A stretch of DNA of 64,000 nucleotides. Origin: Gracilinanus agilis. Lineage: Eukaryota. The stretch is taken from contig NC_058131.1 in NCBI RefSeq assembly GCF_016433145.1, positions 405,326,875 to 405,390,874 on the forward strand, given 5' to 3'. Under the pieces are notes generated by a model. It worked only from the letters and a program-made list of their open reading frames with translations. It ran no database searches and had not been told where the DNA came from. The translations under genes and the position numbers were made by a program. Positions 23,901 through 35,900 of the stretch are shown here, one piece after another (position 1 is the first letter of the stretch; each line of letters begins with the position of its first letter).

Positions 23901-26900
23901 CAAAAGGATATATTTAAAATGTTCATATGCTATGGAGAAGAGGGAGGAAGAATTTGTTCCATCAGAGAATCAAATGGAAAGCAAGTGCAGAACCTGTTAA
24001 CACCTCTTTTTCCCCTCTCTCCCCCATTCAACACCATCTCTTTTTGTGCAGGAGAATAGCTTTCTGAATCATCCTGGACTACCGACACTCAGGTCCTTAA
24101 GGTTTCAAGAGAGATCAAAAAGACCTCTCTTGTCTCCTATTTCTCTGCTAGTAAGTATTAGCCTTCTAAGCTCTGTGATCACCTGCAAAGGAGTATGTCT
24201 ACTAGAAGATCTGGTCCCATCGCACATTTAATTATTTCAAACTGGACTGGGAAGTGGTAAGGCTGGTGGTTAGAACCAACAGGTTAGACAAAGCAGATCC
24301 TTATTTAAATGAGGGCTACTGTCTTGGATCATGTCTCTAAATCAATCAGGACCCAAAATAATAGAGAACCTGCTTAGACTTTTAAACTTAATTTATAGGT
24401 GATGTGCAATGCATAGATGGGAGAATGATCTAGATTGTGATTTTTTTTTAACTCATTTTCTCCCAAGGGATAGATTAAGTTTTTCATTTTTTTATTATCC
24501 TCCCCACGTTTCCTTTGGATCAGAATTCAAACTTTCTGCATTAGTTCCAACCCAATAGAAAAGCGGCCGCACATATTCTAGATGATTAGTGGAGTTATTT
24601 ATGCTTCAGATTTTAGATCTTTGGTGGGGCCATTTGGTTTCTTACCATATCCTTTTAACCTGACAGGACAACAGAAATTCTATGGAAGGTGAAATGAACT
24701 ATCTGGGAAGCCCCATTACTAGAATTCCATTGCATCAGGATGGAGAAGGCTGTGCAAGGGAGACTTCACTTGAGTTAATGGAAATTTTCCTGGAGAAGGA
24801 AGAAGCCCAGGTAAAAAAATCTCTTGAAAGTACAGTGTAAAAATGGGCTAGTGAACCCAGGTTCAAATCCCTTACAATTTCTGTAATCTTGGGCAAGGGA
24901 TTTACCTTCTCTGGGCCAAAGATCTTCCACTTTAAAAGGTGGGGATTGAGACTAGATGATTGCTAAGCCCCCTGTCCAGCTCCAAACTCTCATCCTATGA
25001 TTCTATAATGCCTTAACCTTTACTGTGCTAATGGAAAAGGTCTTGGGATGATCCTCCAGTCAGGGGTCTGGGTTCTAATCCCACCTCTGATCTACCAGCT
25101 GTGTCACCTTAGATGAGTCAGTTTTCTTGGACTTCAGTTTCTTCTTCTACAAAAGGAGGGGTTTGAATTAGATGACCTCTGAGGTCCTTTCCAGCTCTAG
25201 AACCATGAAAGTATGACACAGGCAATTCCAGTACTCACCTAAATAAACTGACTCAGATTAATTTTACCAATTCTGAATTGTCATTTGTCCTGGAATTGCA
25301 GTAATCAATGGCCCGTATAGAGAGGTTATGCCGAGGAGGATGAATCCTTCTCCTATTTCCTTAATAAGGACTTAAGATTCACTTTACAAGGTTAGCTACT
25401 TGTTGACAATGTTAAGGCAAATGGAACCTTTGTTTAGGTTTTTTTGGGGAGGTGGCTTGGGGGCCAGAGTATGAACTTCCCTTGTTCTGGGCATCACCAA
25501 GTTACCCCTACCTTGAAGATAAACTTCACCCCAGTAGTCAGTCAGAATTCAAAAGAACTATCTAGGTCATTAAAGGAAGCTTATTGGGGTTCAGTGGAGG
25601 GAAGGGGCTGGCTCTTCCAGACTTATAGTTCTACCCTGGAGTTGGGCCCCTTTGCATCCTTTACAAAGGAAAGACACTAAGGATTTCATCCTTCTCTCTG
25701 CACTCACACAACCCATAGAACTAATAGTACTTATTAAGAACAAAATCCTGATTTCCTTCTCATAGTGGATCTCTCCCTTATTGTTCCAGCAACTAATGCT
25801 TAGTTTTGCCATTGCTGTCTCCTTGCTGCTGGCTCCTCCTCCTGCAACTTCCTGGTCTTGGCTTAGAAACTCCTTGTTGCTGCTTCCATCCATCACTGTC
25901 TTTGAGGGTCATAGAACTATCTAGGTCATTAAAGACCAAGTGACTTTGTGGGGACCACATGGTGATAAAAAAGGTTTGTCTCCAAAGAACTGAGTTCCTG
26001 GGACTAGCTTCCCCCTCTCTCTCTAGGCTTCTTTTGTTCATTTTAAAAGGCTAGGTACAGAGGTAGGAAGCCTACTGGTGTTACACTTTGAACATGTTTT
26101 CAGATTTTTTTTCAACACATTGATCATTTGTGCTGGGTTTTTTTGTTTTTGTTTTTGTTTTTTACTTTTAAGAAACACTACTATACAAGGAGGGAAGTGA
26201 AGAGAGATAATGGGAATAACTATGATGACATAAGAAATAGAAGACTTTAGGGGCAGCTAGGTAGCTCAGTGGATAGAGAGCCAGACCTGGAGATAGGAGA
26301 TCCTGGGTTCAAATGTAGCCTCAGATAGTTCCCAGCTATGTGACCCTAGGCAAATCACTTAACCCCAATTTCTTAGTCCTTCTTCTCTGCTTTGGAACTG
26401 ATATTTAGTATCAATTCTAAGACTGAAGGCAAGGGTTTTTTTTAAAAAAAGACTTCAATAAAAATTTACTTTAAAAAAAAAAAAGGCTATGCCCACAGAC
26501 ATAACTCAAGTTTTCACTTCAGGAAGATGGTTATTTGACAAGTTTGGCTAACTTTATGATTCTTTTTTTCTTTTTAATTTAAATTTAAATTATTTTTTAT
26601 CTTATCTTTACCTTCTATCTTAGATTTTTCTTAGAATTAATTCAAGGTTTATAAAATATTTAAACTTAAATTTTAAAAAAGGCAAAAAAGTGATAAAGGT
26701 TAAGGCAATTAAGGTTAAGTGACCTGCCAACGACTAAGACCTCCCAATTCTAGACCTGGTGTGCTACTTAACTGCTCCCTAACTCAATGATTCTTAGGAT
26801 AAAGCACATTCATACCTCCTCATAAAGATATCATCAATGCTAAAACAAGGCTCTATTTGTGTAAACCTAGAAAACAAGAAATTAACTTTAACAAAGAGTT

Positions 26901-29900
26901 AACCTTGTCAAAAAAATACTTCTCCTGGGGATACTCCCTACATGTATGTAGGATGCTTCCAAGTATCCTGCTATTTTATACTACATCCTCTAATCTTTTT
27001 ATCTTCTTTATCTGGAAAGAATACTTGATTCATATGGTTTGTATTTGCCTTGGAGTGCATGCCACAGATAAATTGTTGGGTAGTTTTTCTTTCTATTACA
27101 ACTTTGTACCTTTGGCTAATGGGTTTAAAGAATTAACTTGACATGTAGTTACTGAGTGTCCACTGTGTGCATAGTTATTCCATTTATTACTGAGGGAAAT
27201 ATAAGAGAATGGCAAGACATAAGTCCCGCCCTTGAGAAGCTTGTCATTCAATTGTGGTGATAAGATATATTCACATGAAACAGGCAGTATATGGAATCAA
27301 AGTTAAGGATAAAGTTAAGAACCAATAAGTTGGAGTGGTTGTATAACTGGAAGCTCCCATGTGGGTGGAAAGGAATGCTTCAAAGGGTATGGAGGAAGGG
27401 GGAGAGAGAGTATAGAGCAAATTTGTAGTCAGAGATGGGGAACATTGAATTTGAGATCATAATGGTGTAGTGGTGCTGTATGATGGTTGTCCAGAGCACC
27501 ATGCTAGTGGAGAACTGAGAAGACAGGGAAGAACCTTTATAGAGGGAGTAAAAGATAATGAGAGGTTGTAAAACTGAAGAGTTAGCTGGGAAGTCAGTAA
27601 AGGATATGATAGTAGGGTTCAGGATAGAGAAGAAAAACATAAGCCAGGTGTTAAAAGTCTGACAGAAAAGTAGAAGTAGGTCCAGGGGCACTTGCAGTAG
27701 CTGTTTGGATAGCTGGATAAAGCTGAATGTCATGGATTTTAGCTGAAAAGAAGCAAAGAATTTTGTGGATCGATCTGTTTAATTTATTTCATTTATTTAT
27801 TTAAATTTTTAAGCCCTTACTTTCCGTCTTAGAGTCAATACTCTGTATAGTACTGTAAGGGAGAATAAAAGAAACCAGGGATTTGTAACTTTGCAAATGT
27901 AGCAAAAGGCATGGGTTTGCAAAGGAGGGTCTGGTCACACACACAGAATTGAAAGAGCAAGTTCCAGAATCTGGGGAAGGGATAAAACTGAGGACTGAAG
28001 ACTTTTAAGGGTCCATTGTTCTTATCCAGCCAGGAGAGCGGAAAGTTCACTTCCTGTGGCAGTTTGTTTATGCCTGAAGGAGATGACTTACCTTTCCTGA
28101 TACCTGGAAGTTCTTGTAGTCCAACTATTGAGGAGATTCCTGAGGTCTGTTCCATCCCTGCCTCCAGTTGCCATCTCCTAGATACCTTATGAGAGGTTTC
28201 CTGACTGAGTGTGAGTGAGAGCCAGACCCCAGATAAACCCTGTCTTTGGAAAAGAGGCCTGCAGCCATCATGGCCTCTGAGGAAGAGACTGAGATCATCT
28301 AGATTTCAACAGTCTACTGTGATGAACTTTTACTGTTTCTTCAATTTATTTTGAGGACCAGTATTTAGGATAGATTATATAGAAGGGGGGATTTAGTTAG
28401 AGAGAGTAGAGTTTTAAGGAGCTTGAAGATCTTGAAGAAGGTTCTGTGAGGAATCCGTGAAAGCTCGGTGGAGAATTGAGTTTTTTAGTTAGGGACTCCT
28501 TTTTCCCTGGTCCTCCATCATTTCTTTTAAGTTAATTAAAAGAGCAGAATATTTGCTTCCTGTGGCAGTTTGTTTATGTCTGAAGGAGGTGACTTATCTT
28601 TCCTGATAATTTTAAGTAAATTAAAAGAAAGAACGCTCCATATTACTAATAATATGAGAAATGCAAATCAAAACAACCTTGAGGTTTTACTTTGCACCCT
28701 GCAAATTGACAAAGATGATGAAAAATAGCAATAGTCAATGCAGAAGGAGTTGTGAAATGAGGCACACTGATGGAACTATTGGTGGAGCTGTGAAATGGTA
28801 CAATTATTTGGGAAAGCAATTTAGAATTATGCAGAGTAATTAAGTGTTAATACTCTCTCACTCAGAGAATCCATTATTGGGCATATGCTCCAAGGAAACC
28901 ATTGATAAGAAGATAGTCCTCATATTTATGAAAATATTTACAGCAGCACTTTTTTTGTGATAGCAAAGAATTGGAAACAAAGAACGTGTCTATTGATTGG
29001 GGAATGACTAAACAAATTGTGACACATGAATGTAATAGATTGTTACTGTCCTGTAAAAAAAGATGCGTGATGAATACAGAGAAGCATGGAAAGATCTATA
29101 TGAACTGATACAGGGTGAGGTAGGCAGAGCCAAGAAAACCATATACACAATGATTATACAAGAAGTAAAAGATCAACCATGTAAAAAAAAAAATCAAAAG
29201 TGAATGAATAGGGGGCAGCTGGGTAGCTCAGTGGATTGAGAGTCAGGCCTAGAGACAGGAGGTCCTAGGTTCAAATCTGGCCTCAGCCACTTCCTAGCTG
29301 TGTGACCCTGGGCAAGTCACTTGACCCCCCCATTGCCTACCCTTACCACTCTTCTGCCTTGGAGCCAATACACAGTATTGGTGCTAAGATAGAAGGTAAG
29401 GGTTTAAAAAAAAAAAGTGAATGAATATTTGAAAAATTATGGGGCAGCTAGATGACTCAGTGGATTGAGAGCCAGACCTAGAGGTCCTGGGTTCAAATTT
29501 GCTTTAGATACTTCCTAGCTATGTGACCCTGGGCAAGTCACCTAATTCCCATGGCTTAGCCCTTACTGTTGTTCTTCCATGGAATCAATATACTGTATTG
29601 ATTCTAAAACAAGGTAAGAGTTTAAAAAGAAAGCCTTTTGAAGAGGTGAAAAGATCACAGGTGTCACACATGGTATCAGACTTGTTTAATGAATTGACTG
29701 GTTGTACTGATTCATTTTTTTTTTTTAAACCTTTAACTTCTGTGTATTGGCTCCTTGATGGAAGAGTGGTAAGGATGGTCAGTGGGAGTCAAGTGACTTG
29801 CCCAGGGTCACACAGCTGGGAAGCGTCTGAGGCCAGATTTGAACCTAGGACCTCCTGTCTCTAGGCCTGACTCTCAATCCACTGAGCTACCCAGCTGCCC

Positions 29901-32900
29901 CCGATTCACTTTTTTTAATATTATTATGTGAAATCGCTCCCTGGGAGGGAGAAGAATACTTGAGAAAACTATGTTTGTATGTATGAAAATATAAAAAGCA
30001 AAAGACATAAAAACTTTTTTAAAAAGAGAAATCATCAGTAATCTTGGAGAGAACAGTTTCAGTTGAGTAGGGAGACTGAAAGCCAGATTGCAAGAAGTTA
30101 AGAAGTGAGTGGAAAATGAGGCAGTGGAGATAATAAGCAGATAAGTGTTTAATTTTTTAAATACTGACATGTTTTGTTTTTATGCAATTAAAAAAAAACA
30201 ACAAATACAAAACCAGGAAACTTGGGAGGGAAACTATGAGTACCCAGGACAGATAGGCCAGCTGTTTCAACCCAATGGCTGTGCTATCTCCTAAGAATTA
30301 AAAAATGTCTTTAGTGCAAAATACATGAACTTTATTTCTGGATAATGTTCCTCACACCTCAAGCTCACTGCAACATAAATAAAAGTTTTCAAGTAAATGG
30401 TCTTTAAAAAGCTGCAGATAGGATTCAGTCTTACCAAAGCCTGAAAACCTCTTGGGTTTTCTAGTTTAAAAGGTCCATCAGAAGTTTGGAAAAGGTCCAA
30501 TTTTTCCTTAAAAAATTAAAACCACTTTTTCAGATGTTAAATTAGTCTATGGTACAACCTGAAGCAGCTGGTTCTTAGGGCTTTCCTCATCAACTTCTGG
30601 GAAATGGCAAGTTATGCCTTGGCTAAAAAAGGCTGAAATGCCATTCTTAAATTACCTTACATTCTTTTTGGGCACAGTAAGTTGCCAGTTCCTGATAGAT
30701 TACTTCTTTCCTTTTAACAAATTAGAAAGCTATGATATAACAGTAGTGCTTGCTTGTGTTTATGGAAGTGGCCAGTCTGCTGATGTCCATTTGTTCTTGG
30801 CTTCTTGGCCTTAGATCATGAAACCTCAGCAGGATAATCATTAACTTCACTGGCACTAACAGTTAATATTTTGAAAAGTTCATGGTATGCACCAATCAGC
30901 TGAATCAAATACACAGAAGACATTGTCTTTACCCTTGCAAAGTTTCTAGTGAAACACTAAACACTAAAATTTGCGTTAGATGCAGATGTACTGGCAGTTT
31001 GCCCTCTCTTGCAAGGAATTGAAATGATTCTAAATTCTTGGTAAGATGAGTACTTTGCTTACAATAATTGAACTGGTTTGGCTGATTCTCTACTCCCTTA
31101 CCTCTCTCCAGAAATCAGAGGCTAAGAACTACCTGTCTTCAACACAATTGTCCTGTTGCCAGTTTTCTCTTGTATCAGGATCACAATTAGCTAGAGGAGT
31201 AGATGGGAGAGGAACTTGTAGTCTAAATGGTGATGGGCAAACTATGGCCTGCAGGCCAGATGCGGGCCCCCTGAAATGTTCTATCCAGCCATTGAACATT
31301 ATTCCTAATCTGACGAATACAATGAGAAGGATACGATACAATGAAACTTCAAAAGAGTTGCCTTAGAAACAGACTGATAGATGAGCATTTCCTTTCCTTT
31401 GGCCCCCTCTTTAAAAAGTTTGCCCATCACTGGTCTAAACCTCTCCAGTCCAGAGTGGGAATTATTTAGAGAGATGCCAGCAAGATGCAGAATGTAGGTA
31501 TGGAAATCCTTTTAAGGCTGCTGGAAGGCACTGCCAGGGTATCATTTAGTCGATTTCTTCCTCAGACTTTTATATTTAAGGGAAGGGAAGGAAAAATTAT
31601 CTTTTTTTCTCACTCTCTTAAAAAGAAATCACTACAAGAAAGTGTCTCAAAAGAAGTCACTAAGCAAAAAGTAGCAATCAGCTTCCATGGCTTGCTTTTG
31701 GGTTTTTTTTTTTCCCCTGACCTCACTTTTTTCTTTTATCACCTTCCTCAGCTCTGTTGGATTCCTTATCCTCTAATTGTCAGCATCCCAGCATTCTGTG
31801 AAGGAATGGAACTGGAGCTTCCTTTCTTCTCTAAGGATTGGTTTGTGTGAGGCAGACTGCTATAGGAGTTGGCCCTGGATTGAAATGGAACTTCTGGTAG
31901 AGACAAAACCTTATGGCATCAGAGGGGAGGCTGGGAGGGAGACACAGTACAGAATAGAGGAGGGATGGCACTCACCCAGGGGACTTGGCATTCCTGAACA
32001 CATGTTCATGAATAGATGCGGTCTATACCATTTTCCATGGAAATCAGACAAGCAAAGCTAAAACATCTGGTAAAAAAAACAAGGACCCTGTGAATGAGAA
32101 ATATTGCTCCAGTATCAGAGAATCTGAGAAAGTCAGAACATTAACTCGGTACCAGATAGTCCTTTTATTTAACTGTTTTCTCATCCTTTATAGGATAAGA
32201 ATTGCCTTGATCTCCCTGCTGCTTTTTCCTGCCCTTCTATCATTTCCTTCCTCAAATACTAGTGTAAGAAATGTTAGAATTAAGCATTTTTTTTTGCATT
32301 ACCTTCTTAGAAATACTATAGTCCTACTGTCTGCCTACTGTCTTTACTTTCTAAGACTGCTAGTTAACTGGTGCTCTTTGGTTGATAAGGTACCACTGGA
32401 GAAGAACATAGTAAGTTGTGTGTGTGGAGGAAGAAGGCACCAACATTACACTCAGAAATGACTTGGCAGAGAGCGATTGCTGAAAAGCCAGGCACTCAAG
32501 TTCTAAATCTGCTGAGTTTAGAAATGGGAGACTTTTTTTTCTCCATCTTCAGGAATCAGATCTAAAGAAGACAGTTTCACTCTATGACATTAATGCCATT
32601 CAGATCTTTGGAGAAAATTCTGACCAGAGGCAGCTGATAGGTGATTTCACCAAGGTGAGTATGGCTACTCCCATCCTGGGCTTCAGGTACCCACTTTGGG
32701 CTGGGATGTTTTCTTCTCTGCTCTGAGAAAAGAGCATTCATGTTTATACATGGGAGACTATGCTTCATGCCTAGTTCTCTACGTGCTCCCTGATGGTAGG
32801 GTGAGGATCCTATGGTGGTGAGCAGCCTAAGGGTGCTGGTAAAGGCCAGGCTCACCAAGCTTTTCTTATTAAATAAGTTACCATGCCCCATGCAACAATT

Positions 32901-35900
32901 AGGGGAAAGTGGAAAGGTCAGTGATTGATGTTTTAAGAAGCAATTCAGGTCCAAGGGAAATTTAAAAGGAAAAGTATGCTCAAAGGCAGCTGGGTAGCTC
33001 AGTGGATAGAGAGCCAGGCCTAGAGATAGGAGGTCCGGGGTTCAAATCTGGCCTCAGATGCTTCCTAGCTATGTGACACTGGAAAAGTCATTTACCCCCC
33101 ATTGCCTAGCCCTTACTGCTCTTTTGCCTCAGAACTAATACTTAGTATTGATCCTAAGACAGAAGGTAAGGGTTTAAAAAAAAAAAAAAGAAAGTAAAAG
33201 GTATATAGGTCAGTGAATTTTTGATTCTATGAGGTTATTTTTTTTCATATGTTAAACTTGTTTTCCATTTTTGGTCTTCCAGGTCTATGTTCTACCAACA
33301 GTGACAGGAAAGCACCAAGATCTGAAGTATATCAACCCGGAGATGGTAAATTTGTTTTTATTATTATTATTTTTTTAAACCCTTGTACTTCGGTGTATTG
33401 TCTCATAGGTGGAAGATTGGTAAGGGTGGGCAATGGGGGTCAAGTGACTTGCCCAGGGTCACACAGCTGGGAAGTGGCTGAGGCCAGGTTTGAACCTAGG
33501 ACCTCCTGTCTCTAGGCCTGATTCTCACTCCACTGAGCTACCCAGCTGCCCCGGTAAATTTGTTTTTGAAGATGGCAGGTATTTTCAAAGGCTGTCTAGA
33601 ATATTCAACCAATCTCCCTTCTCATTTGGCTTTCTTAGCCCTTCCTAATATAGTCCCTTTATAAAAATAAACTGGATTGGTGGGTTCCTAATTAATATTC
33701 TCTAATTCTAACATTTTGTTTTGGAGGTTAAGAAGGCTACCTCCCAACTTTCTCCTTTTTCCTTTCAAAGATGAGCATGGCTTCTGAGTCACTGTCATCC
33801 TAAGTCACTTCCCTGATTTTCTCTGACTGTTTTACTTTTTGAGGTATTTAGGGGAGATTAATTCTGTTTGTTGCCTTTAGTTTGGCATATTCTTTCCTTC
33901 CTTGGCTTCTTGTCTCAGGACAGGCAGCTCTGGGATCTCAAATTCTCTGTACTGTTGCTTGTTGAACTGCACAAGTACTCAGCACTGTGCTCTCCTGAGC
34001 TGCCTTTTCTCAAGGGAGGCCACTGACACTTCTTCCTGGAATATTTGGTAAGAAGGCAGAGTCTGTGGGGGCCAAAGGCAGCCCCACAAACCATGAAAAC
34101 CACTGCCTGACCATCTTCTTCAAAGTAGTTAGCAGGGGCCAACATGGTTAGTACCTGTTGTTCTTTTCTAGGTGGTTGCTCTGCTAGGAGGACAGCTGCA
34201 AGACCAGATTGAGAAATTTTACATTATTGATTGCCGCTACCCATATGAATATCAAGGAGGTCACATTCAGGTAAGGCCTGGGGCCCACATCCATAGAATA
34301 GGAGATAGGTAGTGAATAGGTTTATGTGGAGAATGGACCAACCACCTCATGTACTGCAAGAAGGATCCTCAGCAGGAAAAAGTAAAGATGACAAGGGCAG
34401 ATTGTATATTTAGAGATAGTATGAGGTCTTGAATACTCAGAGCTGAGGCCTCATGCTCCTTTAGTGCCATAGTAAGTAATCTGTAGCCTTAAACAATTAC
34501 TTTAATATTTGGAGACTAGTTTCATTCTCTGTTTTGTGGGAGATTAATACAATTCCTGTCCCTGTTTCCCTTCTTTAGACTTGCTGATTCAATGGCCCCA
34601 GTAACATGAGATAGACCTGATCACCCCAAGAATGGTGGCCTAGGTGTTTTAAAGTGTCTGTGATATCTGGAGATTCTTGTGGGATCTGCTTCTTAGATTC
34701 TTCTCTTCTACAGGGAGCTCTGAACCTGTACGGCGAGGAAGAACTTTGTAATTTTTTCCTGAAAAAGCCTTTTGTTCCTTCTGATACCCAGAAAAGAATA
34801 ATCATCGTGTTTCATTGTGAATTCTCCTCAGAAAGAGGCCCCCGAATGTGAGAATGAGGTCCTGGGTGAGACAGAGGGTTTGGGGTCTGGTTCCCCCAAA
34901 TGTCTCCATGGTTACCTGGAAGTCAGTCAATCTATTGCCCTCACTCCATTGTCATGTGAGTAGCATGAGGAAGAAAGATAGAGAGTGATTTTATTGTTTG
35001 AGTGTTAGGAGGAGATTTCAATAGGGGTAAAAAATTGGGGTTATAACCCTGACATTATAAATAGTTGGTGGAAGAGGAGAGAAAGGAAGGAGTACTGGTA
35101 TGACTTTAATTTATAATGTCCTCAAAATATTTGAATCTCTATTTTGGCTCAGAACTAGCTTGACCCATCTCCCCATTTACTTTTCTTTACTCCCCTTTTG
35201 CCCCCCATCCTCTGGGATTTCCTTTGAAGGTGTCGCTATCTAAGAGAAGAAGACAGAGCTCGGAACAAGTACCCTGCCCTATACTACCCTGAGCTCTACA
35301 TCCTCAAGGGAGGCTACCGAGACTTCTTCCTAGAATATGCGGTAAGAGAACAGGGCACAAGGTAACAAAGCAAGTTCCTACATACAGAAGGAGCCAATTT
35401 CTGACCCTTGGTGAGTGCCTGCCAGCATTCAGCTCCCATATTTGGTCTTTCTAGAAAATATATTTCTTAACTGTGTATCCCTGAGCAAGTCATTTAATTC
35501 CAATTGCCTAGTCCTTACCACTTTTCTGCCTTAGAACCAATACTTAGTATTGATTCTAAGAGAGAAGGTAAGAGATTTTTAAAACAAAAGAAAACAAAGT
35601 CCATCTGTTCTTTCTCTCACACTTAGTAATTTAATTTAACAAACATTTTCAAATGCCTGCTATGTGGCAGGCATTGAAAATACAAAGGCAACAATAAAAC
35701 AGTGCCTGTCCTTAGGAACTCATGGAGTACAGTATTTACATGGGCAGGTGTAATCCCCGTAATTTGGAGAGGAAGGCAACCATAGCAACTGGGGAGATTA
35801 AGGAAAGTTTCATGTGCTGAGCACTGGAGAATAAGATTCAGAGGCAGAGAGGAAGAGGGACTATGCTCCAGGCAACATGAATATTTTGGACAAATTCATG

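Noticed and set aside
25301-25375. [11 protein letters not shown] stretch resembling CDC25C exon 8 (GLYRSPSMP)
   Set aside because: The only AG places TAA as the first codon, the frame closes at 25375, and there is no further similarity. The 32008-32131 relic aligns over the full exon length and has the expected position and donor.
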